Assembly (NCBI GenBank): GCA_033764955.1
Contig: JANRIL010000034.1
Coordinates: 1 to 62,434, forward strand
Source: Cyanobacteriota bacterium
GTDB lineage: Bacteria; Cyanobacteriota; Cyanobacteriia; Thermostichales; Thermostichaceae
Direction: 5' to 3'
Length of the DNA stretch: 62,434 bases
The notes under the pieces are model-generated. The model was not told the origin of the DNA and did not search any database. It saw only the letters and a list, made by a program, of their open reading frames with translations. The position numbers and the translations under genes were made by a program. This document shows, in pieces, positions 7,774 to 17,565 of the stretch (the first letter of the stretch is position 1; the number at the start of each line of letters is the position of its first letter).

Positions 7774-9073
7774 TATCCTGCAACTGAGTTAGCCAAGCTA
7801 GAGCTAGCTGTTTCTTCACTTCAGACGTGTGTGGCGATTTGATAAACCGATCTACAATTCCAGCAGTTACTAATTGACCCAATGCTCCTTGCGAGATCAG
7901 GCTGGGAAATTCTGGTAAGTCGCTGAGTCGGATAAGTCGGCTGTTTCCTGTTTGCGGATCGCGGTAGCAAAACACGACATCGCTAAGAGATTCGTCGGGT
8001 AAGGCATCCATGAGGGCAGGATTATGCGTGGAGAGCAAAACACGCAATTTACGCTGTTCAGCGATCTTTTGGATGCTGGCAAGTAAATGTTTTGCTCGAC
8101 TGGGGTGAACGCCGTTGTCAATTTCTTCGATGACAACAAGACTACCTTCGGTAGCGGATAGCATGGCGGCAGCAATCGCTAATACTCGCAGGGTGCCATC
8201 GGATAACAAAGCAGCTTCACAGGGACGTTGCTGGTTGCCAAAGGTTTCAGTGAGCCTAACCATTACTTCGTCCCTGGGGCCTTCGATGAAATCTAATCCC
8301 TCGATAGATTGTTCTGGTAAACTCTGGATAAAGTTGAGAATCGCCTGTTGGTTTTCAGTCTGCTTTTGCCAAAGACGGTACAGTACACTAGATAGATTTG
8401 TGCCATCTTCTTGTAGGCGTTTGTCAGACTTAAAGCTGTACTCTCGCATTTGAGCAGGAACAGGATCCAGAAATAGAATGTTTTGCAATACTCGCTGATA
8501 TTCCCTCACAGTTTCAGGGATAGCTCTCTGAGATTCCTTATATTTCTCTCCAAAGCGGGCGGGGCTATCTAGCTGCACAAATACACCCATTTGATCGCTG
8601 CATATTATTTGAGGTTTATTCTTGCCTTTAGTAAAATTATTATAGGCAACATTTATGTCTGTATTTACTCCTTGAGATGGTTGAGTGATTTGATAGAGAG
8701 GAATGGGAGCATTTTCTCCAGAGATTTTTTCATTAGAGATATGTATTTCTCCATCCCGAACGCTTAGCGTTATTTCTAGATAATTCCATTCGAGCGTATC
8801 AATGTAGCAACCGATGGTAAAGCTAGATTGCCCTCGATGGCATAGATCACTTACTCGTCCACGGACTACGCGATCGGCACGATTAACTGCATATTGAATG
8901 CTACTCAGTTTTTGCCCTTGGGCTAGCCAAGATAAGAAACGTAAGCCTTCGATAGCATTACTTTTGCCAGAAGCATTGGCTCCAATGAGTATTGTCAGTG
9001 ATCCCAGGGGTAATCGGCTGGAGTCATAGCTTTTGAAATTGGCAATCGTAAATTCTGTAAGTACAGTAGTCAT
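7760..9073 (-). CDS. Soluble ABC-type (AAA_15/AAA_21-like) ATPase
   Basis: NFKS, Walker A GANASGKS, signature LSDGT, Walker B VIEEID, H-loop STHN. Confidence 0.9.
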   Translation of the reverse strand: MTTVLTEFTIANFKSYDSSRLPLGSLTILIGANASGKSNAIEGLRFLSWLAQGQKLSSIQYAVNRADRVVRGRVSDLCHRGQSSFTIGCYIDTLEWNYLEITLSVRDGEIHISNEKISGENAPIPLYQITQPSQGVNTDINVAYNNFTKGKNKPQIICSDQMGVFVQLDSPARFGEKYKESQRAIPETVREYQRVLQNILFLDPVPAQMREYSFKSDKRLQEDGTNLSSVLYRLWQKQTENQQAILNFIQSLPEQSIEGLDFIEGPRDEVMVRLTETFGNQQRPCEAALLSDGTLRVLAIAAAMLSATEGSLVVIEEIDNGVHPSRAKHLLASIQKIAEQRKLRVLLSTHNPALMDALPDESLSDVVFCYRDPQTGNSRLIRLSDLPEFPSLISQGALGQLVTAGIVDRFIKSPHTSEVKKQLALAWLTQLQDNVND

Positions 9074-10240
9074 TTATAACTCTCCTTGGAAGGCGAGGTG
9101 TTGTAGGGACGAGAAGAGCTTATCTAGTTCGGCTAAGGAGCTATAAAAAGAACTTTTCTGCTTTTCAATAACTTCTACTCGTCGGGTAAACTCTTGCTGG
9201 AGAGGAAGAGGGGGGATCAGGATTGGTATCTTCCCCAATCCATCAGAGTCTAAGCGCTTGGTTCCATGGGCAGACTCAGAGACCTGCTGAAGAGCAAAAT
9301 TAGCCTCTGCTCTTAGACAAGCTGCGAGAAACTGTGGTTCTAAAGGCTCTCTAGGTAGCAGCGCTTTAATATCTTGATTAATAGTGGCCGGAATCTTAAT
9401 AGTGCTAACAGGAAAAGTATGAGCAAGGATCATACCTCGAACAACAATGACTACAGTATTTGCGGGGAGCAAATTAATAGTTGTTTTTTGAAGAACGTTC
9501 TCATTGATATGATCTTGGGAGTCGAATAAATCATTTGCTTTTAGGTCTTTAGGGCTAAACCAAGGGAGCGATCCCTTCCAAAATTCATCATTACTTTTTG
9601 AAGGTGTTCCACCACTGGAACAATGACAGGATTGGATTAAGGATTTGGTTGCCCACCCCATCGGATTCGTCACCGGATCCCCAAACATCTCATAGAAGAT
9701 CGCTTGCCCCAACTGGTTAAGTCGGTCTATGGATCCCTGGCGCAGGCGGCGAAGGGCATCGGCCTGATCGAGGATCGCCGCAATCCGCTTCTGCTCGTCG
9801 AGAGGGGGGAGGGGAACTTGAAGATTTCTTAGGTCTCCAAGAGAGACAAACTTTTGAGTTCCTCCTCTTTTTGAAACCTTAACAGCCTTCTCAAATAGCG
9901 GACTTGATAAAAATGCATGAATATAATTCATACAGACGGGTTGGGTATTTCTCTTGATTAGAGCAACATTTTTTATTGCATAATCAGGCTCTTCAGTTAT
10001 GAATACTGGTGATCCAATTGTTCCAATCATTGGCATGACAATGTCACCCATATCCACTTTTGATCTTTTATTGATTTCATCATAATCATGTTTTGATATT
10101 TTTCTTGCTCCTTCATATGAAACTTTTCCTGAAGAAAAGTTCTTTGAGGTTAGCAAATAAAATCCATTCTCAACATATTGTGGAGAAGCATGGGTTCCAT
10201 CTCTAACATCACAAAGTTCCCCAAGAGGCTTAGTTTTCAT
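9074..10240 (-). CDS. hsdS: Type I R-M specificity subunit
   Basis: Two TRDs with conserved PLPPLDEQKRIAAILD and PPLPLQQEF regions. Confidence 0.95.
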   Translation of the reverse strand: MKTKPLGELCDVRDGTHASPQYVENGFYLLTSKNFSSGKVSYEGARKISKHDYDEINKRSKVDMGDIVMPMIGTIGSPVFITEEPDYAIKNVALIKRNTQPVCMNYIHAFLSSPLFEKAVKVSKRGGTQKFVSLGDLRNLQVPLPPLDEQKRIAAILDQADALRRLRQGSIDRLNQLGQAIFYEMFGDPVTNPMGWATKSLIQSCHCSSGGTPSKSNDEFWKGSLPWFSPKDLKANDLFDSQDHINENVLQKTTINLLPANTVVIVVRGMILAHTFPVSTIKIPATINQDIKALLPREPLEPQFLAACLRAEANFALQQVSESAHGTKRLDSDGLGKIPILIPPLPLQQEFTRRVEVIEKQKSSFYSSLAELDKLFSSLQHLAFQGEL

Positions 10241-10251
10241 CCCAGCATCTC

Positions 10252-10719
10252 CTATACACTATCCATATTAGGATTGCTTCTTTTTGCTATATTAAATTGG
10301 TTAGGTAATAGCTCGAGTTGAGCGAGTGTTTTACGCACAGGCAGATACTCCTCACGATTCATTCGCAATAACTTTACAGTCACCCGTCCAATTGCTGTTA
10401 GAGGCTGTATCATCCCATTCTCTTGCTCAAAGTAAAAATGTTCAACCCAACTATCTTTTCTAGGGTTAAACAATCTCACTGTATCACCAGATTCAGGATC
10501 AATCGAAGCAATATCGCTACCCTTAGCTTGATTACATAATGCACAAGATATCGCTAGATTTTCTGGATCCGTTACGCCACCATGTTTTTCGGCGATAATA
10601 TGATCAATCTGATGAGTAGATAAAACAACCATTTCAGAAATCAAGCAATACTCACAATAACCCTCAGCACGATCAAATACAGCTTGTCGCAAAGCACTAG
10701 AAATATAGGTCTTACTCAT
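10252..10719 (-). CDS. HNH endonuclease
   Basis: CEYC, IDHII...HGG, NL...CALCN...KG; 4-bp overlap with the upstream gene. Confidence 0.9.
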   Translation of the reverse strand: MSKTYISSALRQAVFDRAEGYCEYCLISEMVVLSTHQIDHIIAEKHGGVTDPENLAISCALCNQAKGSDIASIDPESGDTVRLFNPRKDSWVEHFYFEQENGMIQPLTAIGRVTVKLLRMNREEYLPVRKTLAQLELLPNQFNIAKRSNPNMDSV

Positions 10720-11072
10720 GTGCCTTGTTGCAACTTTAACAGTGCCTGAGCCTTAGCCAACCGCACCAGATGCTCAACAAACTCATAATGCTGCCACAAC
10801 AACCGCTCACTGTCATCCAAGCCTTGAGTCCGATTTTTATCTAGCAAAGCATCAATGTCAGCTTGAACCTCAGAAGATAAACGCAAAGCTAAGATCTCTT
10901 TTGGAGATGGTAACTTAGCCAAAAACTCTAAAATCTCAGTCAAACCCGAAAAACTCAATGATGGATTTGCATCAAGTTGCCGCAGACCTAAAGCTAAGAT
11001 TTGGGGTAGATTCTCTTTGCGAGACTCTAAACTCTTAACCATTTCATCCGGTATATCTAACATCATTTTCAT
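10716..11072 (-). CDS. Hypothetical protein coupled to the HNH gene (possible antitoxin)
   Basis: ATGA overlap with HNH; intact ORF. Confidence 0.7.
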   Translation of the reverse strand: MKMMLDIPDEMVKSLESRKENLPQILALGLRQLDANPSLSFSGLTEILEFLAKLPSPKEILALRLSSEVQADIDALLDKNRTQGLDDSERLLWQHYEFVEHLVRLAKAQALLKLQQGT

Positions 11073-11094
11073 GTCTGATTCTCAGAGAAATAAC

Positions 11095-11388
11095 TTATGG
11101 GATAACGACTTCAGCCAAAACACGATCACGGATCCGAGCCTTCAGTCCATTCTTAGTAACAATATCTACCTTAAGACCAAATAGATCACTCAAATAGTCT
11201 CTAAGCTCTACTAACATCACAAAAGTAGGCGCAATCTCATAGTCTACCAAAATATCAACATCACTCTCCTCAGTCTGCTCCCCTCTCGCATAAGAGCCAA
11301 ATACACCTAACTCCGTGATTTGATACTTTTCACACAGATCCCTTTTTTGTGCCACTAAAACTTGCCTAATTTCGTTCAGCGTTTTCAT
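11095..11388 (-). CDS. Minimal nucleotidyltransferase (MNT) family protein
   Basis: FGSYARG...SDVDILV motif; 97 aa. Confidence 0.9.
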   Translation of the reverse strand: MKTLNEIRQVLVAQKRDLCEKYQITELGVFGSYARGEQTEESDVDILVDYEIAPTFVMLVELRDYLSDLFGLKVDIVTKNGLKARIRDRVLAEVVIP

Positions 11389-11394
11389 AACACC

Positions 11395-12936
11395 TCATCT
11401 CAGCATTTCCTCTAATATGCCTAAACCGCTAGCGATCTCCTCTTCCAAAGCCCTCAACTCCCGAATGATATCCATCGGATCCTCATGATGTTGCTCCTCA
11501 TGCTCAACCTGTTTATAGCGATTCAGCGACAGATCATAGGTGCCAGTAAGAGCGATCTCTGTTTTGGGTACACAAAAGCTCTGAGCAGTGCGTGGACTGT
11601 TGCGCTCTAGCCCGTCTCTTTCTCTCCAACGCTTCAGTACATCAGGAAGGTTATTTTTGCTGTGCTCTTCATCGTTGAGGGCTTCTATTGGCACTGAACC
11701 GAGCTTTTCGACTGGCAACAACTCAGAACGCTTATCATCCAGCGAATACCCATCCGCCTGCACATCATAAAACCAAACCTGATCAGTGCCACCCACACCA
11801 GTCTTGGTAAAAAAGAGGATCGCCGTCGAAACCCCCGCATAGGGGCGGAAAACACCAGATGGCAGTTTGACCACCGCATCTAGCTTGTGTTCTTCCACTA
11901 GCATCCGGCGAATCTGTTGGTGAGCCTTAGAGGATCCGAAAAGCACACCATCCGGCACGATCACCGCCGCCCGTCCCCCAGTTTTGAGCAGCCGCAGGAA
12001 CAACGCCACAAAAAGCAGCTCCGTCTTCTTGGTCTTGACAATTTGCTGTAAATCTTTGGCGGTTGCCTCGTAATCCAGGGATCCGGCAAAAGGTGGATTA
12101 GCAAGAATCAGCGAATAGGTGCCAGCATCAGCAGTATGATCCTGCGCCAAACTATCCCGATAACTAACATCAGGATTATCCACCCCGTGCAGCGTCATAT
12201 TCATGGATCCGATCCGTAGCATCGTCGGGTCGAAGTCAAACCCATGAAACATCCGGTTATGAAAATGCCTGCGCTGCTTCTCATCCCGAAAAAGCTGAGG
12301 GAAATTAACTCGCAGATATTCCCCCGCCGCCACCAAAAAACCACAGGTACCCGCCGCCGGATCACAGATCACATCCTCAGGAGTGGGTTGGGTCAACTCC
12401 ACCATCAACCGGATGATGTGGCGCGGTGTGCGAAACTGCCCATTTTGTCCAGCACTGGCAATCTTACCGAGCATGTACTCATAGAGGTCGCCCTTCGTGT
12501 CCCGGTCTTCCATCGGGATCTTGTCCAGCATCTCCACAGTCTTAGCCAGCAAAGCAGCATTGCTGAAACCTAGCCGTGCATCCTTCATATGCTGCCCGAA
12601 GCTGGATCCCTTTTCCCCCATAGTTCTCAGGAAGGGAAAGACCCGCTCATCCACCACCTGCATCATTTCGCGAGGCTCAAAGTTCTTGAAGCGTGACCAC
12701 CGCAGATCCGAGTAAGGGCGACCCTTCTCATCTAGACCATCTGGGAAAATACGCCGTTCCATCGGGATACCCAGAGTCTCAGCTTTGCTTTCCTCAAGGG
12801 TGTGCAGGTCGTCCAGCCGCTTGATAAAGAGTAGAAACGTGATCTGCTCAATCACCGATAACGGATTAGACACTCCCCCAGACCAGAAGGCATTCCAGAT
12901 CTGATCCACCTGATTGCGAATTTCACCCGTTAGCAA
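11395..12936 (-). CDS. hsdM: Type I R-M N6-adenine methyltransferase
   Basis: GQFRTP, DPAAGTCGF, NPPF; probable TTG start at 12936 after GAGGAG. Confidence 0.95.
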   Translation of the reverse strand: MLTGEIRNQVDQIWNAFWSGGVSNPLSVIEQITFLLFIKRLDDLHTLEESKAETLGIPMERRIFPDGLDEKGRPYSDLRWSRFKNFEPREMMQVVDERVFPFLRTMGEKGSSFGQHMKDARLGFSNAALLAKTVEMLDKIPMEDRDTKGDLYEYMLGKIASAGQNGQFRTPRHIIRLMVELTQPTPEDVICDPAAGTCGFLVAAGEYLRVNFPQLFRDEKQRRHFHNRMFHGFDFDPTMLRIGSMNMTLHGVDNPDVSYRDSLAQDHTADAGTYSLILANPPFAGSLDYEATAKDLQQIVKTKKTELLFVALFLRLLKTGGRAAVIVPDGVLFGSSKAHQQIRRMLVEEHKLDAVVKLPSGVFRPYAGVSTAILFFTKTGVGGTDQVWFYDVQADGYSLDDKRSELLPVEKLGSVPIEALNDEEHSKNNLPDVLKRWRERDGLERNSPRTAQSFCVPKTEIALTGTYDLSLNRYKQVEHEEQHHEDPMDIIRELRALEEEIASGLGILEEMLR

Positions 12937-13406
12937 TGTACAACACTCCTCTCTTGCATACTTCGCCAAATCCACACACGCTGGCTGTATCGTCATTATG
13001 CCAAAGACCGAGAGTGAGCCATCTGAAGTTAGACAGGATCTACACCCAGCACTCCCACAGACCCATGCGAGACGGTACGGTAGCAGGAAAAGAGTTTTAC
13101 TCCCCCAGTCACCCCTCTAATCCATGCTCACAGAATCAGGAAAAGTCATCAGCACCATCCTGAAACACGACACTAAAGTAATCATCTACAAAATCGCTCT
13201 GCTCAGATCCATCAATGATGTCGTGCTCTCCTTCCTGGATCTCCGGTAGGTTTGGGTACAAGTGCATAGATCTTCTAGACTCAAGTAACGCCCAACGTTC
13301 TCCATGCTGGCTTCCTAATCTCATCACAACCTTATCAATCAAAGCCGACGCAATTTGGTTGATGACTAAGCCACAGCTATGAGACGATTTCAACGGATTC
13401 CCGCCT

Positions 13407-14306
13407 GTGACCCGCTTTCGCCACGATCGTTTCGCGAAATCCTTTCTGGCTGACTTACTCGAACCTCTGGGTCAAGTGGAAGTCAGCCGAGAGGTCACCG
13501 ATGAAGCTCGTGAGATTGATCTGTATTTCACCCCTGCCCCAGGACAGGATCCGCAATCCTTGGGTCTATTGGGTCGCATGGTTCTATCCCCCTGCCTGCT
13601 GGAACCCTTCCGTAATCCGGTTGACCGAGACGGGATCCGTTCCTGTATCGCCAAACAGTTTGTGATTTACAGCGAGCTGCAACGGCAAACAAAATCTGGT
13701 GACTCCCCACCCCAGATCCCTTTCCTGTGGATCCTGACTCCCACCGCTTCCCCGGAGATCCTAACCGACTGCGGGGGATCCCTCAACCTCGACACTTGGA
13801 TGGAAGGAATTTACTTTTTACCCACACTCTTGAGAACTGCCCTCGTTGTCATCCATCTACTGCCCAGGCGATCCGATACCCTGTGGTTAAGGCTGCTGGG
13901 TCGAAATAGATTCCAACAGCAAGCAATCCAAGAATTGTCAGACCTACCATCGGGAGATCCGGTGGGTCAAAATGTACTCAGAAGGCTGTACAACCTGAAA
14001 ATCGCATTGTCCACCGAACCAGATCTCTTGGAAGAAGAAAGGGAGTTTCTCATGAACCTGTCACCCGCCTACCTCAAATGGGAAGAGGAGACTATTGGCA
14101 AAGCCAAGCTAGAGGGTAAGGAAGAAGAAGCATTATCTCTGATTTCCCGACTGGTCGTCCGCCGATTTGGAAAGCTTACCCCGGCTGCCCAAACTCAGCT
14201 CCAGACATTGACTGTCGATCAGCTTGAAGAACTGGGACTCGCCTTATTCGATTTTTCCAGTCAATCAGACTTAATCACCTGGTTACAAAAATTCAGCCAT
14301 GAGTAA
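13407..14306 (+). CDS. Rpn-like/DUF4351 cyanobacterial hypothetical protein
   Basis: HDRFAK...REIDLYF...LLEPFRN; C-terminal QLEELGLALFDFSSQSDLITWL (DUF4351-like). Confidence 0.75.
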   Translation: MTRFRHDRFAKSFLADLLEPLGQVEVSREVTDEAREIDLYFTPAPGQDPQSLGLLGRMVLSPCLLEPFRNPVDRDGIRSCIAKQFVIYSELQRQTKSGDSPPQIPFLWILTPTASPEILTDCGGSLNLDTWMEGIYFLPTLLRTALVVIHLLPRRSDTLWLRLLGRNRFQQQAIQELSDLPSGDPVGQNVLRRLYNLKIALSTEPDLLEEEREFLMNLSPAYLKWEEETIGKAKLEGKEEEALSLISRLVVRRFGKLTPAAQTQLQTLTVDQLEELGLALFDFSSQSDLITWLQKFSHE

Positions 14307-14380
14307 CGATATCTGATGGGGTAAGTTTGGGGTAAGTCCTCTTCCCAATCCCCAAAACCCTTTCCCAGCAAGGATCCTTA

Positions 14381-14427
14381 GCAAACTCATAATTTGCCCT
14401 ACACAGGTTCAAGTCCTGTACGCCCCA
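14381..14427 (+). pseudogene. 3' half of tRNA-Ile2(CAU), putative attR
   Basis: GCAAA-CTCATAA-TTTGC anticodon arm, ACAGG-TTCAAGT-CCTGT T-arm, 3' acceptor strand; no D-arm or 5' strand upstream. Confidence 0.8.
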
Positions 14428-14492
14428 TCGACAAAACTAGCTCTGGACAAGGCTTCCGGTAGGGATCCCACCTTACAGAGCTAAGATCCTGA

Positions 14493-14564
14493 TGGCACAG
14501 GCGTGATTTGAACACGCGACCAAGGGCTTATGAGTCCCCTGCTCTACCGCTGAGCTACTATGCC
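14493..14564 (-). tRNA. trnM: tRNA-Met(CAT), elongator type
   Basis: GGCATAGTAGCTCAGCGGTAGAGCAGGGGACTCATAAGCCCTTGGTCGCGTGTTCAAATCACGCCTGTGCCA folds as a cloverleaf. Confidence 0.92.
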
Positions 14565-14753
14565 AGATTGCGTTATTTAGTATAACAACAACCTCTTCAT
14601 TGTTACTAGGGTTTACCTAGCCATGCCGCCAAACCATACTTAAAAGGTATACCAAGTGGATGATCGTTGTCCTACCCAACTTCCAGACACTTAGCCTTGA
14701 TGTCTTCTTTCCCTGAGGGATCCTAGGGCAAGAGCCTGAGGGCAATCTGAAGC

Positions 14754-15734
14754 TCAAAACTGGCGGAGGAAGCGCAGGTCACTTTTATAGAACTGCCGGA
14801 TATCTTCGATGTGATGCAGCAGCATGGCAATTCGCTCGACACCAATCCCTGCCGCAAAGCCACTGATGCGTTCGGGGTCATAACCCACTGCCTGAAACAC
14901 ATTGGGATCCACCATACCGCAACCAAAGATCTCAAGCCAACGGTCGCCAAACTTGACATCCATTTCTGCCGACGGCTCGGTAAACGGAAAATAACTGGGA
15001 CGAAAACGGGTTTCCCGTTCCCCTAGCAGACGGGTGATAAACTCCCTCAGGGTTCCTTTCAAATCGGCAAAGGTAAGGTTCTCGCTGACGGCCAAAATTT
15101 CGATTTGGTGAAAAACAGGAGAATGAGTCGCATCGACGGTATCGCGTCGTACTACCCGTCCGGCATGAACAATTCGTAGAGGGGGGGTGTGGGTTTGCAT
15201 GTGCCGCACCTGCACCGAGGACGTTTGGGTTCGCAAGAGATAGCCGTGTTGCAAATAGAGGGTATCTTGCATGTCACGGGCAGGATGGTCAGCGGGGGTA
15301 TTCAAAGCTTCAAAGTTGTAATATTCTGTCTCGATCTCAGGGCCATGCACAACGGTATAACCCATGCCCACAAAGATATCGAGCACCCGATCAATCGTCG
15401 CTTGTAAAGGATGTACCCGCCCAATTGGAGGTACCCGCCCCGGCATGGTGACATCTAGGGTTTCCGCTTGCAGTTGTTGAGCCAGTTGAGCCGCCGCTAA
15501 TTCCTGCTTGCGGGCTTCTAGGCTAGCTTGCAGTTGCTCTTTAATAGTGTTGGCCACTGCCCCCCACTGCGGACGCTCAGCCGGAGGGAGCTTACCCATT
15601 TCTCCTAGTATTTTGGAGAGTTTTCCTTTCTTACCCAAAAAATCAATACGAATCTGTTCTAGATCATCGAGGCTGTTGGCTCGTTGGACTACGTTTACAG
15701 CATCTTGTTGCAGGGCTGTCAGTTGTTCTTGCAT
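14754..15734 (-). CDS. pheS: Phenylalanine--tRNA ligase alpha subunit
   Basis: [24 protein letters not shown]. Confidence 0.97.
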   Translation of the reverse strand: MQEQLTALQQDAVNVVQRANSLDDLEQIRIDFLGKKGKLSKILGEMGKLPPAERPQWGAVANTIKEQLQASLEARKQELAAAQLAQQLQAETLDVTMPGRVPPIGRVHPLQATIDRVLDIFVGMGYTVVHGPEIETEYYNFEALNTPADHPARDMQDTLYLQHGYLLRTQTSSVQVRHMQTHTPPLRIVHAGRVVRRDTVDATHSPVFHQIEILAVSENLTFADLKGTLREFITRLLGERETRFRPSYFPFTEPSAEMDVKFGDRWLEIFGCGMVDPNVFQAVGYDPERISGFAAGIGVERIAMLLHHIEDIRQFYKSDLRFLRQF

Positions 15735-15815
15735 GGGGTTGGCAGGTTAGCGAACAAGCACCGAATCTATTGGCGGAAGATCAGCCCTTTAACCTTATCA
15801 CGACTGGCTTACGGC

Positions 15816-16331
15816 TTAGCCAGCCTTGAGGGGCTTTACCTGTACCCGATCCCCAACCCGAATCCCCAGCTTGGCAGTTGTTCCACCAGGTAGCTCTAAG
15901 ACTTGGCTGACCTTTTGCTGAACGCCAGGGCTATAGGAGGGACAAGGGAGTTTGGCACAGCCAGGAACCGATTCGGCAATCGCCACAATCTGCCCATCCA
16001 AAATAAACAGTAGATCCAGATCAAAGGAGACATTAAACATCCAAAAACTAACGGGTTGAGCAGGCTGATAGGGAAACAACATACCGCGGTTAGCAGGCAG
16101 TTCAGCTCGATGCATCAAACCAATCGATTGTTGCTGCGGGGTGCGGGCAATCTCCAGTTGAAAGGTTTGTCCGGCCAGAGTGACTTCCGCTTCAATCGGC
16201 AACTGTTGTGCCTGAGCCATCAACAGGGATCCCGCCGCCGGAGTGGGAGGCATACTCCAACCCGTTAGGAGCAGCATAGCCCCCGATAGTCCCCAGCCTG
16301 TGAATGCACGTTTCCAAAATTTGGTTTGCAT
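15816..16331 (-). CDS. DUF192 family protein
   Basis: GLMHR...GMLF...FWM...VLELPGG. Confidence 0.88.
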   Translation of the reverse strand: MQTKFWKRAFTGWGLSGAMLLLTGWSMPPTPAAGSLLMAQAQQLPIEAEVTLAGQTFQLEIARTPQQQSIGLMHRAELPANRGMLFPYQPAQPVSFWMFNVSFDLDLLFILDGQIVAIAESVPGCAKLPCPSYSPGVQQKVSQVLELPGGTTAKLGIRVGDRVQVKPLKAG

Positions 16332-16558
16332 GGATCCTCAGCCCGCTCAACGACAATTCGATTTCTAGGATGCAAAATTCCCAGCCTTTACTGGCTGGAT
16401 TGTTCCTTTAGCTCAGATGCTCTATCCGTTGCTGAAGTTCCTCCGATTGTGGGGGCGCTAAATGTTAGCGTGGGAGGAATGGGGCTGGTTGCTGGAATGG
16501 ATAGTCCCTCACATGCAAAAGATATTCGCTTGTTTTGGTCGTTTAGAGATGGGCAGGC

Positions 16559-17455
16559 ATGGTCAAAAAAATTGTGGTGGCCACCGATGGGGAAGAGGGG
16601 CTAGACCGTCTGGGGCACTGTCTAGAAGCGTTGGCAGCCAGCGGTGTTGAGCAACTGATCTGGGTGCAAGCTTTGCCTTGGCAAGACGATGCCATTGGCT
16701 TGCCCGAAGATACGACCCCTCAGATCGAGGCGGCTCGCTCCCGCCTGCGTGCCCACCTGACGGATCATCTGCCCGTGGACGTTGTTGTGCAAATCGGTCA
16801 ACCACAGGAGGTTATCCTCCAGGCTATTCAACGGTTTCATCCTGATTTGCTGATCATGGGCATGTCTCCCAACCAACTGCTGCTGGAGAAGGTGTTTGGC
16901 AGTACCACTATGACCCTACTGCCCAAACTGACCATTCCATTGCTGGTGATCCGCCCCCAATTGATCGCCGCCTTTACCCTAAAAGAACTGCAACTGCGCT
17001 GCCGAGGACTGCTGCGCTCCCTCTTATTTCCTTGTGATGCCGAGGCCACTCAGCAACCTCTTCTCCCCCAACTGATCCAGATCTGCCAAAAGGATCCCAG
17101 CCATTGCCAATCCATCCTGATTTTGCATGTTCTAGATACCAGTAGCCGTCGCCTGCAAGGGATCCCCTTTGAGGAACTGCGCCAACAAGCCCTGCTAAAA
17201 CTCACCCCCATTCAACAAACCCTGCAACAGGCTCTCCCCCACACGCAGATTACCATCCAGGTGGAGGAGGGATCCCCTGTCCAACAGATCCTCAAAACGG
17301 CGGCCAGTGCCGATGTGACGGCTATTGCCCTCACCTCCCAGAATGCCGGTCGATTTTGGGAGTTGTCGATTCCTAGTGTGACCGGAGAGCTGTTGCGCCG
17401 CAGTTGGCATCCGGTTTTGTTCTTTCCCTCCCGTGCAAAAGGTTCTGTTGATTAG
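16559..17455 (+). CDS. Tandem universal stress protein
   Basis: KKIVVATD, GQP, FGSTT...PLLVIR and a second USP unit. Confidence 0.85.
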   Translation: MVKKIVVATDGEEGLDRLGHCLEALAASGVEQLIWVQALPWQDDAIGLPEDTTPQIEAARSRLRAHLTDHLPVDVVVQIGQPQEVILQAIQRFHPDLLIMGMSPNQLLLEKVFGSTTMTLLPKLTIPLLVIRPQLIAAFTLKELQLRCRGLLRSLLFPCDAEATQQPLLPQLIQICQKDPSHCQSILILHVLDTSSRRLQGIPFEELRQQALLKLTPIQQTLQQALPHTQITIQVEEGSPVQQILKTAASADVTAIALTSQNAGRFWELSIPSVTGELLRRSWHPVLFFPSRAKGSVD

Positions 17456-17565
17456 CCCAACAGGGCAAGGGATCCCCCCGCAAAACCGGAAGCAGTGACT
17501 GTCGGTAGCCAGAAGGCTAGACTGATGAACGGCTAACCCTGATTGGCAGAGGTGAGGAGTGAGGC

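Larger units (their letters stand above)
1..14427. mobile_element. Right portion of an integrated element/genomic island at tRNA-Ile2(CAU); left end and integrase presumably outside the window
   Basis: Ends in an isolated 3' tRNA half (14381-14427); accessory/defence cargo; core genes resume immediately after. Confidence 0.8.

Noticed and set aside
7760..10719. Septu system (ATPase+HNH)
   Set aside because: The HNH is separated from the ATPase by hsdS and coupled to another gene; the ATPase is coupled to the PIN gene
13136..13393. 85-aa minus-strand ORF
   Set aside because: No recognisable family or clear RBS; cannot be supported
14341..14427. Complete tRNA gene
   Set aside because: No 5' acceptor strand or D-arm; treated as an att fragment
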